Positions 11,661-25,223 of a DNA stretch of 64,000 bases are shown piece after piece. This DNA is from the human T2T-CHM13v2.0 reference genome, Homo sapiens, in the NCBI RefSeq assembly GCF_009914755.1, contig NC_060937.1; one strand, 5' to 3'. The notes beneath the pieces were generated by a model. That model saw nothing but the letters and a program-made list of their open reading frames with translations. It was not told the DNA's origin and made no database searches. Within the stretch, counting starts at the first letter, position 1, and each line of letters starts with the position of its first letter. The position numbers and the translations under genes were made by a program.

Positions 11661-14108
11661 TGTATTAACTGTAATGCCTCTTAACAGAAACTTTTCCAAG
11701 AACACCCAAATATAAATATCCAGTGGCTTATTGGGATGATTTTGTGTAAGAGATCCTGCTGTCCTTCTGCTTTAAACTAGATAATTTGTGTTGTTTCTAA
11801 AGGGTTTGGAGTTTCAGAGCCCATACCTTTATTTCAGTTATGCCTGGCTGCTAAGTGTTCAGAAAATGCGAGAAGGCTAAAATACAACTTTGGAAAATAG
11901 GGGAGGAAACACCAAACCTTGTCATCATCTTTGTAGTAAAGAATTACACTTTCCTCCAGGAAGCCTAAACAAATAAACAGAAAACGTGCCAATCTGAAGC
12001 TGCAAGCTATTTTCTGTATCCACAACAAATGTTGAATTTACATTTAAGGCAGATAGTAGAAAAGTAATTTGACTGAGCCTAATTTAACCAAAAACAGTTT
12101 GAACAATCCCTGGGGAGGAAGATAATCACCATTAACCTAATGTTCATACATTAGACTGAGAAGTTAAGGGTTTTATTAAGTAATGTAAGTTATGAAGTGT
12201 GAACCAGAGTTCTATAGCCTTTGGAGACATTTTGAGGGAGAAAAGTGTATCTTGACTATGAAAATACAGAGTGACTGTGCTGAAAATAGTTGCTCGGTCA
12301 TAGGAAGCTGTGAGGGTTCTGGTACATGCAAGTGTTTGCAGGAAAGCCAGAGGCATGAAAGGAAGCCACGAATGCATGTATCTCTCTTATGCTGGTAAAG
12401 AAACTAAAAATAAAATGGCTTTGGCCTGACTTGTGCTAGACCCAAGCTAAACCCACAGTTATTTAATATTGGCCAACACAGAATGCTGTGATAATGGGCT
12501 ATTATGTTTTGAAGTTACTGCCTTAAGGCCACAGAGCAAGGTCTTGCACAACTTCGGAAGGTGAATGGACTTCAAGAAGCTTTCATGCACAGACCTCCCA
12601 AACTGGTAATGGTATATTGTACTTCTACGCACTCAGGTAGTTCCTTCCTTCATTTAGAGCTACCTAAACTGGACTATAAGGAAGCAGTGCATGGGGCAGA
12701 GGAATACTTGCTCTTAGCCAGCATGGGATAAAGGACAGTATCCTGACTTATCTAGAAATCTGGTAAATACAGAAAATGGAACTTACAGTGTTGGGGATCT
12801 TGCCATCCCCTTTCCTCCATGGAAGGGAACAGATTGGCCCTTCCCTCATATTCCCCTGCCCAGTGGTTTTATGGTGTGTGTAAACTCATAAAATTCATGC
12901 TACATATATGCAACCAGAGGGCTGAATGAGACATCGCCTGCATCACTTGCACTGAGATGCCAGTGTGACAGATAGCAGGACACTGAAGTGAATCTGAGGC
13001 TGATTCCCCCACTCCACAAGAAGATTGCCTGAAGAAATGTCCCCAAGAACCTGCTCCATGATTCTTGGTTGCTCAGCCTAATCAGAAATAGGACAAAAAA
13101 AAAAAAAAGCTTCAAAGAGAATGGACAGGAGATGGGTGAAAATTTTCTTTGGAGACAGCTGTTGCCAACTTGTGAGTCACCCTCCCCCTTTCACAGGTGG
13201 GGATAGTGCTTCCTTCTAACCACAAGCCTAGTAAGGAGGGCTTCAACAGACCCTCAGATAGCTTCGACATTGCTTTGCCCTGGAAAATCTCGGGGCTGGG
13301 GGAAGCCTGGAGGACAGAGCCAGGAGGGTCGGCTGTGCCTGCACCTCACTGATCATGAAAACAAGTGATATGTGGTGTTTTTCTGGACCAAAAGTGAGTC
13401 TTGTAGAAAGAGTCCCATACAAAGATGTCTTGAGTCCTGCCCACTTAGAGGGGAGAGTAATTCTTAAAAAAATGAGGCTGTAAGTTTACCTTCAACATGC
13501 AGGACTGAGGGTGGGGCATTAGAGACTACCCAAAGTAGAGAAGTGTCCACTCAGGTTAGGGGAATTGCAGCATCCATTGATAGTCAAATTGAGTGGTTGG
13601 CCAGGCCTTCCTCACCAGTGGAATCAGTGGCCAAGACCAGTGAGCAGAAAACCACCCAGCCAGGAAGGAATTGTGTTGCCCCTTTACCTTTATTCCCTGC
13701 CCAAGCGTGGATCTTGGAGAAGTCCTAAAGAAAGGCAAGCACAGAGGAGAAGGGAAAACGGGTGGAGAAGAGACAGCCATAGGGTTATCCCACCATCCCT
13801 ACCCACGGGTTCACAACCAGAGGAATGTCGAACTGCAGAAGGGAAGAGACTTCACACTAAGTTGTTTGGCCATTCATGCTGCCATGAACTGAAGCTGTGT
13901 TTGCCACTTAAAGTAACCAAAGACCACTTAAGGGTGAGTGGAAAAGCCAGTGAAAACTGTCAGATCTTTCATGAGGGCAGGAGAAAATTACCCCCATAAA
14001 AGAAAGTTTAAAGGGACAGTAGGTTTGAGAAAGGAATATATTGATAACAATCCATAAGCTTTGTTTTTTCTGTTTAGGTTATAAGTGAGGAAAGTTTGGG
14101 GAAATAGC

Positions 14109-14184
14109 TCTTCATCAGAGCTTCGTGTTATGGTGACCTAAGGGGATGACCTTATATGACCATGACACAAAGCTCTGATGAAGA
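14109..14184. repeat. 76-nt inverted repeat (hairpin)
   Basis: 26-nt arms tcttcatcagagcttcgtgttatggt / accatgacacaaagctctgatgaaga with 2 mismatches, plus inner taagg/cctta. Confidence 0.9.
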
Positions 14185-16330
14185 ACACATGTGCCCAGAT
14201 TTAATCCTGGACTTCCCAAATTGCCAGTCTGTGGTGGAGTCTCAGCAAGTGTAGTTTTGGGGAAAAAAATGCCAGGGAATTCTGATGCTTACCCTTGATG
14301 ATAAATAATTCACTTGCATAAATCCATGGATTGTAGGCCAATAACAACAAGTCATTACAACAGAATAGGTTTGGGGAGGAATGTGACTACTTTTTTGAGT
14401 CAGAATTAATTTTGAGCTAGATGAGCCACATTGTGTAGTATTTCTTATATTTCTGTGAGGCTTGCTAGCTAATGCCAAAGGAGTAATAGCTAATGCGCCT
14501 AAAGAGCAATTTGTACGCAAATGTTGGTAGCAGAAGGTAGTTGACTTGGGGAACACTAAATTATTGAAGCAGGGAAGGGGGCATTCAGTGAGAAGAATGC
14601 AGTTTTGCTCTTGTATGAAGACCATGGCTGGGAGAGGCCTTTGAACATCACCACCGAGTTTCTGAAACTCTAATACCTCCAGCTCCTTCGCTTGGAATAA
14701 ATGCTAGGCAGCTAGAAGTGCATAAAATCTTAAGCAGTCTTCATTTCAAATTCAACAATATAGCAAATTACAGTTAAGAAGGTTGAGAGGAAAAAATTAA
14801 TGATTTAAATTTTATGGGGTTGCAAGAATCAGTCTACTCCCTTCAGAGCATCTTTTGAGTTCATACCTATTTTGTGATTGGGTCAGCACAATTTGTAACT
14901 ACATTCAACAGCACATGTAGATGTGACAAAATCAGGCTTATATTAACATTTTTGTGGTAAGAGAGACAGAACCTACTATACAGAAATGAATCTCTTTTTT
15001 CCTACCGTAAGTATATTTGTGAATTTAGTTGTGAGTTCCTTTAGTATAAAAAGCAATCACCATAATTTCTTCAGAGCTTTACCCTTTCCAAAATGTTCTT
15101 AGAGAAAATAACACATTTTTCACTCATCAATGCAAAGAAGCAGCTAGGACAAGTACCAAAACTCAACCAAATAGCCTACCAACTGAAGGGAGCTAAACAC
15201 TCTAAATGATTAAGTCCAACTTTCGCTCTTCTCCTGGATGCTGTAGACAGGCAGAGAGCAACTACATTGTTTTATATATACAAATAATACAGCAAATTTA
15301 TACATAACAAAAAATCAGGTTAACTTGCTGCCATTTCAGAAGCATGCCTTACCCAGACAGGAGCCTTGTGTGAGCCACAGAAAGTATTATCATAAAGTAG
15401 CTCCAGATGTCAAGCACCAAGACCACTACAGACCTCTATGGGTCAATTTTCTACAGGTGTGTGTGACCTTAAAACAGCCTACCAAGGGTAGGATTTCTCT
15501 CTTTTATGGCTTGTCATCAACTGTTTTCAGCTCAACAGCTGAGTTGTCAAGGATGAACAAACTTCGGAGAATTTAAAGAAGTCAGTTTTTTCTCACGATT
15601 AACAAGCACCTGCCCTCATAGTCAAAGATGATGTGGAAATGGCAAGAATGATCAAAAGCCAAGACAGAACATCCAAACCTTGCTTAAACTGCACATCACA
15701 AGTTGCATAATTCTAGAATTCTCAATTACAAACTAAGAGAAAATAGCCATGAGATCAAATTTAAAACCTCCCCGTGTAAGCCCATATGAAATCAAATTAG
15801 TAAACCTCCCACAACTCATTTGTCTTCCCATATTTCTGTCTATATTTATTGAAATGTTTCATAGACTCTGCTAGTCACAACTCAGAGTTCTAAATAAGGA
15901 AAGAGCATCTGGTTTGAGCCCTGATTCCACAGAGTAGCCATGTGACTTTGGTCAAAGCCACTAAACTTCTACTTCCACTCATCATCTTTTTGACATCTGC
16001 AAAATTGCAATAATACCAGCTACCTTGTTCACCTTATGAGTTTATGGTTAAGATCACATGGGCTGATATATAAAATATGTGAAGTTATTTGATGAACTGC
16101 AGACCACTCTACAAATAGCAAATTGTATTATCTGCAAGAGGTCCCGCTCACTTAGGCAGCACATGATACAACACATTTTGGTCTTCACCGTTGCTGTTTG
16201 GAGCCCTTGTCCTTGAGATTCACATTTCTCCCACCATTGCTTACTTTTGAGCCTTCTTTTGCACTGACCTGGCCCTCAACTTTCTAGGCACTGTCTCCTA
16301 TTTCTGACCTTAATGACAGAGGTGACTTAC

Positions 16331-16428
16331 CAGTGTTGACTCTTGGCAAACATCCTACCCAAGTCCTGGTCCCCAGGGCTCCATCCTAGTGTGAGCGAGT
16401 CTGCTAGTGCCCCTTCTAGGATATGCTC
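16331..16428 (-). other. candidate spliced exon (98 nt), minus strand
   Basis: On the minus strand: acceptor tatttttcctttttcAG|G and donor CTG|GTAAGT, both near consensus. Confidence 0.45.
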
Positions 16429-17057
16429 CTGAAAAAGGAAAAATACATTTCTTTTTTCACCTCTCTATTCCCATGCCCATTTCCTGGGTTCTGGCAAAGT
16501 GAGTGACTCAGGACAAAAGACAATCCTGTCAGACACCAAAGGATGAAGGGAGCTGGCCCACTCTCCACAAGCAGACAGCACTGAGATAACCATGAATCAG
16601 CATGTCACAGAGGCACATGCGATTGCTTCCCAGAGGTGGTGTGAATCAGGGGACAAAGAACCCCTTCCCCTCTTTCTAGAGCAGATCATCTTCCTATGGC
16701 CAGGAAACAGAACACAGCTCACTGTCCTGTGCATTCTAACCCTTTGTGCTGATGAGCTCCTTAACAAAAATAAGTATCACAGAAGAGTTTGGAGAGACTA
16801 GGCTGTCTCTTTGTTCCCACTTTAAGGCAAAGATTCAGAGGCACACTATTAGCTATGACACATAGGACAAATCCTTGACAGAATTCTTGAAACTCCGCAG
16901 TACGATTTTTAAAATTCCCACAAGAGATGGAATGAAAGAAAAAAAAAATATGATGTATGAGGAGCATGAGTGTGCCAGGCACTGTGGATGGAGCTTTACA
17001 ATGTGACGTTGAATATTCTCATTGGCTTTTTAAGTCAGCTTATGGACACCTGCCATA

Positions 17058-17535
17058 TGTGGCTGCCCAATATGTTATAAACACCCTGCATACATTTTCA
17101 TAGTTTCCCATGTTATCAATTTTGTCTGTCACTGGCATAATCAATTCAGGAAAACTGACCACTCCAGCCTCTCTTTCAACTGTGGTGCAGGCAGATGACC
17201 TCAGTCAGGTCCACCAATCAGATGTACCTTCATGAGTCTTCCATTTGGAAGTGAGCGATATGAGTGTGCAGGCTTTTGGGGGCATTTATATTGCTGACAT
17301 GGGTGGCGGTAGAAAAGTCCAGCTTTGGAAATGGTAATAACAGTTCCAGGAAGATCAAGTTCCTAGCAGCTGGACTCTAGCAGGCAGGTGGAGACAGCAC
17401 CAGCAGTGTCCTCATGGTGTCACTCCTGTAGCCTGGTTTTCATTATGGTTTTGGAAAGCTTAGCTTTGAATCTATTTCTCTAGCTCTCCCAGCAATTTCT
17501 GAGCTACTGAATATATTTTAAGAAATTCACTTTGT
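17058..17535 (+). mobile_element. LTR33-like ERVL LTR
   Basis: 'ccagcctctctttcaactgtggtgcaggcagatgacc...ccaccaatcagatgtacc...tttggaagtgagc...ttctgagctac'. Confidence 0.6.
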
Positions 17536-18705
17536 GAGTATGAGAAAACTGACTTATGGAGGCCAAGCCACAAAGGTCACACAGCTAGTCAGAGATGAGA
17601 TGAGATGAAAATGAAAAAAAAATCTGTGCCATCTCTACAAGATTTTGAACTGTTTACTGAGAACATTGATTTCATTTTACCTATCCTCTTTTGTGTCCTG
17701 TAATATTTAACTTATTGATTCAGCCTTCTTTGCTCCAGGCTAGAACCTACAGACTACGTGATCAAGACATCAGGAAGCTTGGGGTGAAAAAAAAAGGTAG
17801 TTTTGCAGAGGATTTCAGCAGCCACCCTTGGCATAAACATTTAAGCGCTACAATGTGCTGTCAACTGAAATGGCCCTCAGTGACTCAGATGTGTTCTTCA
17901 AATGGTGGGTTATGCACTCTGTGACTCTCTCTAAGTCACTTCAAGGCAAGCATATGTCACTGAATACAATCAACAGTTATTTATCAAACAAAAGCACATT
18001 GAGGAGGAATGTCACAGGCTTCAAGGGCCAGCAGGCTTGCTAGTGACTCAGAAGTGAGCCAGGGCAGGAAGTGAGACCTTGACACTGTGCATGGTTTCCA
18101 GCTACACAAGTTGCTGCTCATGTCAACATGTTCAAAAGGTATAAGTACATATGAAGAAATTTTTATCCATAAAATTGGACAAAATAGCATTTGGCCCAGA
18201 ACGTCAGTCCTGATCAGTAAGTTAGTCTCTGCTTCCATGGAAGTCTGAGAAGGGGTCATACATTTTGAGGACACACATGAGGGTAGAATAGATCCATTCT
18301 ATGCACGAACACATGCTCTGCCTATTCTGTTACCAGAAAGCAACCTTTGCCTTAGAGTTATAAGATGTATATATTTTTAATAAGGTCTTTCTTTTCTTTG
18401 AAATTGGATACAAGCCAACAGCTTGTTGAGAAGTCCCATGTATACAATGGATTAAAATGATCAAGAGACCTATTTGTCTTAGCAGTGATCTGCTGCCAAT
18501 GAACATATAGACTAATCGGAGGTAAGGACACATCTGTAGGAGTGTATAGTCCACTAAATAGGTTTGCCTCCCAACAAGAAAGAGAGTATTTTGCTATTGG
18601 CTGAGGAGCTTTATGGCAGAAAGTCCATAAGTCACTTGGTAGCCTGTCCATGTAAAGTGCACAAACAGCACGGACTTTTGGCAGGACAGATACATATTTT
18701 GACAC

Positions 18706-18765
18706 CGGGAGTTAGAATTTCAACATATTAGTTTCTGGGGGGACAGAAACATTCAGTCCAGAACA
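18706..18765 (-). mobile_element. MaLR (MLT1/MST) LTR end fragment
   Basis: 'ttagaatttcaacatattagtttctggggggacagaaacattcagtccagaaca'. Confidence 0.55.
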
Positions 18766-19004
18766 TATATAGAAATAGTAAAATCTTTATTCCCAGACTT
18801 CAGCATGACACACACATGCACACACACGAGAGAGAGAGAGAATTTACTGGTACCACATGTTCACAAGTTAGATATTTTAGTGGTTACAAAGATTAACACT
18901 GCCATACTACTCTTATAGCTCATTTCCCTCAGAACTGCTTGTTGTCAATATCTGTACCATTTAAACAGATTCCCACCCTGACTCTACACCCCTGCCTCAC
19001 TTAC

Positions 19005-19147
19005 TTTTGGCAGCATTAAGCATGGTTTTACTCATAATCTATAAATCATTACATCTGTAGGCTTTCCTGAGAGATATTAATGTTGCTGCTTGAGAGTTTT
19101 CCTGAGGAATTCAATTCCTACAAAATTTGCAATGTTAGGCAAACCCG
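19005..19147 (-). other. candidate non-coding exon (143 nt), minus strand
   Basis: The A20 run reads as a T20 tract before AAAG|C on the minus strand; donor AAA|GTAAGT at 18999-19004. Confidence 0.25.
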
Positions 19148-21019
19148 CTTTAAAAAAAAAAAAAAAAAAAAGCTTTTTATTGGGTGTGGGATTTCTCTGG
19201 ACGTATGGCCATGTATCCTCGGTCGAATTCTCACGACTGCAGTTGGACTAAATCCAGGCTCAGATTCACAGCCCAGGACCAAAGTGCACCTGTGGCGGGT
19301 GCAGAATGAGGCTCATCCTTGACTGAGGTAACCAAGAGATTTCTACCTTGGTTCTTGGACACTCCATTTACAGAAGACACCTGGAAGTCTGACAAGTAGT
19401 AATGAAACTCAAGTTAGAGATTTTGTGTCACTTTTGTTGTGCCTGATGAACTACAGATTAACCTCAGAGACACCCAAGATAGCTTGGCAGATTTCCTCAA
19501 AAGTCTAGGAGCAATTATTGGTCTTAGGCATAGAAGACCTTCAATCAATGAAAATTCACAGTACACAATGTACAGAGAGCTCTTGTTGAAGACTGTTGAA
19601 AAAGAGGAACATGGAATTGCTTTTCTCTTCATTCTATCCCTGCATATGGGTAAAAATAAAACAATGGTGAAGCAAAAAATTTTCATGGGGCTCATAATTC
19701 AACACTAAACCCAAATTTATTTCAGACTCTTTCTGGAGTAAAAAATTTGGAATTTTCTAGCACCTCAGGTCTTCCTAATGAATAAAAACTCATTAATTCA
19801 ACAAAAGCGTCTAACAATATTAAAAGTTCTTAGGAAATGCTAAGTGTTGAGAGACGTCCACCAGAAAACTCAAACCCTATTACCCACAAGCCAATCTGTG
19901 TCTCAGCTGAAAGAACTTGAACTTTTATTGTTTGTTTTAATGTATATGTCTTCTTTCACAATCTCCTGTTGCTTGGTGATGCTCTCAAGAGATAACTTTG
20001 AATCACCAAGCTTCCCCATCTCAAACTGGCTTTCTCAAGGGCAAAGGGCCTGGTCAGTTCAGAAGAAGCACTAGCCTAGGAGTCAAAGGATCTCAGAAAC
20101 AATCTGAGTTCCATCACTTAACTGAGTGGCCTTGAAAACATTTCTTAATTTCTCTCATGCTTGAATTTCCTCTCTGAATAAAGAGGAGATTGAACATGAT
20201 AACCTTTTAGGTTTCATTTAGATATAAAGTTTTATGTATAACTGACTTATGCAAAACCTATTTCTCATTTGAAAAATGTGGAGAATAACAGCTACCCTGA
20301 TTGTCTCATAGGATATTTTGGAAAACATGTAAAACACTGAGGAAAGCAGAGCATGCACACATTCCGGGAAAATTATATAAGCCAAGCATTATTCTAAACA
20401 ATTTATGTACAATATGTCAATGAGCCTGGCCAATAGTGGAATATGCTCTTTACTCATCAGCTTGCTCTACCCTCTAACCTATAATGTTTCTTTAGAAGTC
20501 ATTGCCTCTACATTGTACTAGGGCTAGGGATGGGACTCAAAAAAGCATTTATGAATGTGAAATTCAATCAGATGTAAACAGATCAATACAAAGAGTAGTA
20601 TGTGCCTAGAAAGCAAAAAGAAGAAATTTGCATATATGGATTCAATAATAGGAAGGCTCCTTTAACTTGAAATTGTAATTTTTGTTTCATTAATATATCT
20701 TTAGCTTCTTAGCACACACTAAACTAACATACAGTGAGTTCCTCCCGCATCTCAACAAAACATGGTTTTAAGTTGAAAGGAACCAAAAAAAAATTTAACT
20801 CAATAGTCTCATTTTGTAAGTAAATAAATTGAGACTTGGGTCTTGATGACTTGCAAGCATCACAGGGCTAGTTAGTGGTGGTCCTGGGACTTATGTCACT
20901 TTTCTGGTCCCCAGTCTGCTGCTCATTCTGTTAGAGTTAAGCAGTCATTAGAGAGAGTAGGGGCACGAAGACCCAAGAGGAAGGGGAGAATACGGATTTG
21001 TATGAAAATTAATAATTTT

Positions 21020-21341
<322 letters not shown>

Positions 21342-22739
21342 TCAGACCCAGTACTCTTCCAAGCTTAGCTAATACCAGCTGTTTCTTTTTTTTTCTTTTT
21401 TTTTTTTTCTGATTTGTTTGTTAGTAGGCCCCTCTAGGCACTGATGAAGGAGCCACCACAGTTCCCATTGCAGCAGCCCTGATTCCAGCATTAATAGGTC
21501 CTCCAGTACAGAGCACAACCTCAACACAGCCTGACATTTAGATAAACTCATAGGGTGCTCTCAAAATTCTAACATTAAAATTACTGAGAAATGTCTAAAT
21601 TTGCACTCAAAAGACTATCATTAAAGTCCAATATTGGGGTGAGCCAAAGTCAATTCAAAATATCCCTTTTCTATTTCATTGTTTTAAAAATAAAAAGAAA
21701 TTGTTAGAGGATGAATCTACATCCTAGGCTATTTAGAAAACAAAAAAAAACACAACAAGCTATTTACCAAGATACTGTAATTAGCTAGATTCTTCTGGTT
21801 GAGCCCATAGCCTATTCACACATGTATTAAATGAAAGACTGGATAGTATCTTCAGTGACTATATTTCAGTCTGCTTGTGCAACCAAAGTACCTCTGATTA
21901 GACTTAGGGAAATTCTGTACAAGGTTGAAATTTTAGCATGGTTGGAAAAAGCATTTTCCACATGAAGACTTTTAATATCTTAGTTACTAGAAAAAAGAGG
22001 AGAAAACATTGTCTGGTAAGCTTTGAACTGTGACTGTAGTTTTCAGATGACAGGTAAGGAGCTGAGATGGCTAATTATTATCCAAGAGGAGTCATTAAAA
22101 TATTAGCTCATGAAGTGTGATTAAAGAATGCAAGCTTACACAAAACTGTGTATTTTTCTTTACACTGGGACCTGAAAAGTTACTTTTATTATTATATATT
22201 ATACCATCATTATTATTATTTCTAAAATAATAATATGACATTACATTACTAGCTTGAGTCTCATCACTTCCAAATGTGATCTTGTGCTGGCTTTCATGGA
22301 GGAATTCTAGAAGAGTAGCTTGTCAAAGGAGCAAATTTCTAGTATTCCCAAAACTGAGTGATGCAATTATTATTTTCCACCTGCTAACTTCCCAGAATAT
22401 CAACATTTCTTAGCACTGAGCTTACTCTGGGCCATTTCCTACAGATGTAAACTTTTCTCAAAAAAGCCCTTATAAAAATATAATTATACAAGTTCATCGA
22501 ACACTGTGGAGAAAGAAAGAGGTGGGTTTGACACCCAGACATAGCCTATGAGACACAATGGAATGAAAACATTTATTCAATTTTTAAATTTTTAAAAATC
22601 TAGTAAAGATGATTTTTAAATGTAAAGGAATAAAACAAAGAAATAATTCCTGGGAGATAAGTAAAGTAAGTGAAAAGAACACCAAACTATAGATCAAGGA
22701 TCAAAGGTTTAAGTCCCACTTGAATATATGACTCCTATT

Positions 22740-22910
22740 ATTTTTCAAAACACATTTATTGAAGTTTAATTCATAAACAATAAAACTCACCTTTTAATGT
22801 ACAATTCTATGAGTTTTGACAATGCAATCACCACCATAATTAAAATACGGAACATTTCCATCGTACCAAAAACTTCTTTCATGCCTCTTTATAGTCAAAC
22901 CTTCCTTTGG
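22740..22910 (-). mobile_element. old L1M 3' end
   Basis: 'tttattgaag...tgtacaattctatgagttttgacaa...gaacatttccatc'. Confidence 0.65.
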
Positions 22911-23379
22911 GTTGACTATAAACAATTCACAATTTCTAGTTTTTTGTGATCCAATCCTCCTTGTAGTTTTGTTGAGCTAATATCAGCTGCTTTGTCTTCT
23001 CTGTGTTTCAGTTGGCCCCTTCCCCGCCAACCACTGAAGAATAAGACACTGTCGTTTCCAGTGCAACAGCTTTGAGTCCAACATCTATATAAGTTACTCT
23101 TTTCGCTGAAATTCAGTGTCACTTTACAGTCTATAAATTGATTGTATTTTTGTGTCTTATCTGAGAAATTACTTGTGAACCCAAGATCACAAACATTTAC
23201 TATGTAGTCATCTAGAAATTTTAGGCTTTATATTTAGATCCATTCTGAGGAGTTAGTTTTTGTACATGCATCTATATCCAAGATTGTTTGCATGAGGTAT
23301 AAATTATGGGTCTTTTTTGCATGTGGATATTCAGTTATGTGTACATTATTTTTGGAAAAGACTATGCTAACATATTGTC

Positions 23380-23735
23380 ATTTGACACTGGCAGTTACCT
23401 GGGACCTCAGCTGGTGTTGTCTACCATACCAGTGGTATGTGGGCTCTTCATTTGTTCTGGGCTTCCTTCCAACAAGCTTGTGACAATGTAGTCAGACTAC
23501 TTATGCAACAGCTTAGGGCTCCAAGAGCGAGTGCTCCAGCCAAGAAGGCAAAAGCTGCATCACCATTTATGCCTTAGTCATAGCATCACTTCTGCTATAC
23601 TCTATTGGCTCATGTGGCTACAAGCCCACCCAGATTCAAAAGAATGAATAAGAGGACAGAGGAGGCCACACTGAAGAAAAGCATGCAGAAGATTAATATT
23701 ATTGGGGACTTCTTTAGAAAATACAATCTGCTACA
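23380..23735 (-). mobile_element. MLT1 (H/G-like) LTR
   Basis: 'catcacttctgctatactctattggc...cccagattcaa...gaaaatacaatctgctaca'. Confidence 0.65.
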
Positions 23736-25223
23736 TCGAGCCCTTTTAATTTTATTATGCTTAATCCGAGAAAGTCACTGGAAGTTGTCCTACTTCCAAA
23801 GTCTTACAAAAGTGGCTTTTTGGATTCCTGGACAACATGAACTTCCATGAGGCAATATTAGCCTTGGGGGAAAAAATAGACTTATTGACTTGACTGAATC
23901 CTGGCAGGAGGACAAGATAGCTCAGAAAAAGTACACCTTAATTCTATTTTCCTTTGGGTGCCTGTATATGGTCACAGAATTTTACATTCCCCTGAGGTAT
24001 TAGAGATGTGAAGACTGAGAAAGGAATAGGAGAGGAATACCTTAGAGATGCCACTATTTTTCTGTTGGCACCCCTCCCCCAATATCCCATGGCTGAGAAA
24101 AGGGATATGACCCTGAGGGTTTGGGTCCTGGTCTTTTCCTTCACATGAATATGTAGCTTGGACACAGGACTATAAACCTGGATCTGTCATCTCTCACTGT
24201 TCAGAAGAGCAGACAGTACAATGAGATACATGCACTTTAAAAATGGCTGTCTTCTTCCACATAGGTTAAACCCATATTCTTTTACTTTTTTTTTTTTTTT
24301 AGAAAAAGGAAAACTAATAGGATAATCAAATATCCGAGTAGAGACTGTCAAAGCTTACTAAGAAAGAAAGAGTAATATAAATTAGCCTTGGGATTGTCCA
24401 TAAAAAACAATTCAGTGGAACATATACAATGTCCTTTTTACGGTTTAATCTTTACAGACACACATATTCTTCACTTATGTACTTCTCATAACACAGCCAT
24501 TTGCTGATATTTGTATTTAATCAAGACTTTCTTCCTAACCTCTGTTATTGGCTACATCTTTGGGGATCACTTTATGGAATGTGGGCAGTCATCATTAGGT
24601 ATGGTATCCAGGCTCTCGGAGGGCTATTTCTTGCCCTTTTATACCAGTTCACATAGAATCAGTGTGTGACATAGCTAAACAATTTAAATCTTCATTGTAA
24701 AAGCCAACAGGTTAAAATAATTTCTACCACTTCCAGGGTTGGATTAGAAGCTTAGATAGGCTGGAGCCTTAGGAGAACCCTAAGTGATTTTACTTTGAGT
24801 TTCTGGAGAGGACTGATGCTTGAGAAATGTGGAAGTTGCCCTCAAGAGGAGGAAAAGACCCGTGATTTTATTCATGCAGATGTTATATTCCCTGAGTATG
24901 AGAATAAAAACAGCTGGTTATTGGAGAGTTGAGCGTGTTAGGATTGGAATCTAGAAAAGTTGTTTTTCCAGGATATCTGAGTGGCTAATCAAAGAGCAGC
25001 ACATGCTCTCTATAGCTTAAGTGAGAAATATGGCACAGGAAACAATCCTTTTAGATAGAAACAGGCACAAGTTCCAATCTGTAAACAAATGTAAATATAA
25101 AAGTTGTAAACTGTAATAAATGTAAACTTCCCTGAAGTCCAAAAAAGTCAGCATGTGACATAAGTTGAAGGAAGTTTATTTTTAAAAGCCCAAAGATGGT
25201 GGTGGACTGAGCATACGTTTTAC

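Noticed and set aside
13543-13999. 144-aa ORF and overlapping ORFs
   Set aside because: Non-ATG start, no recognisable domain or splice context; the region looks like a very old LTR-like relic that I could not name.
19439-19708. 89-aa ORF
   Set aside because: GTG start, no recognisable homology, and an equally long antisense ORF; consistent with chance.
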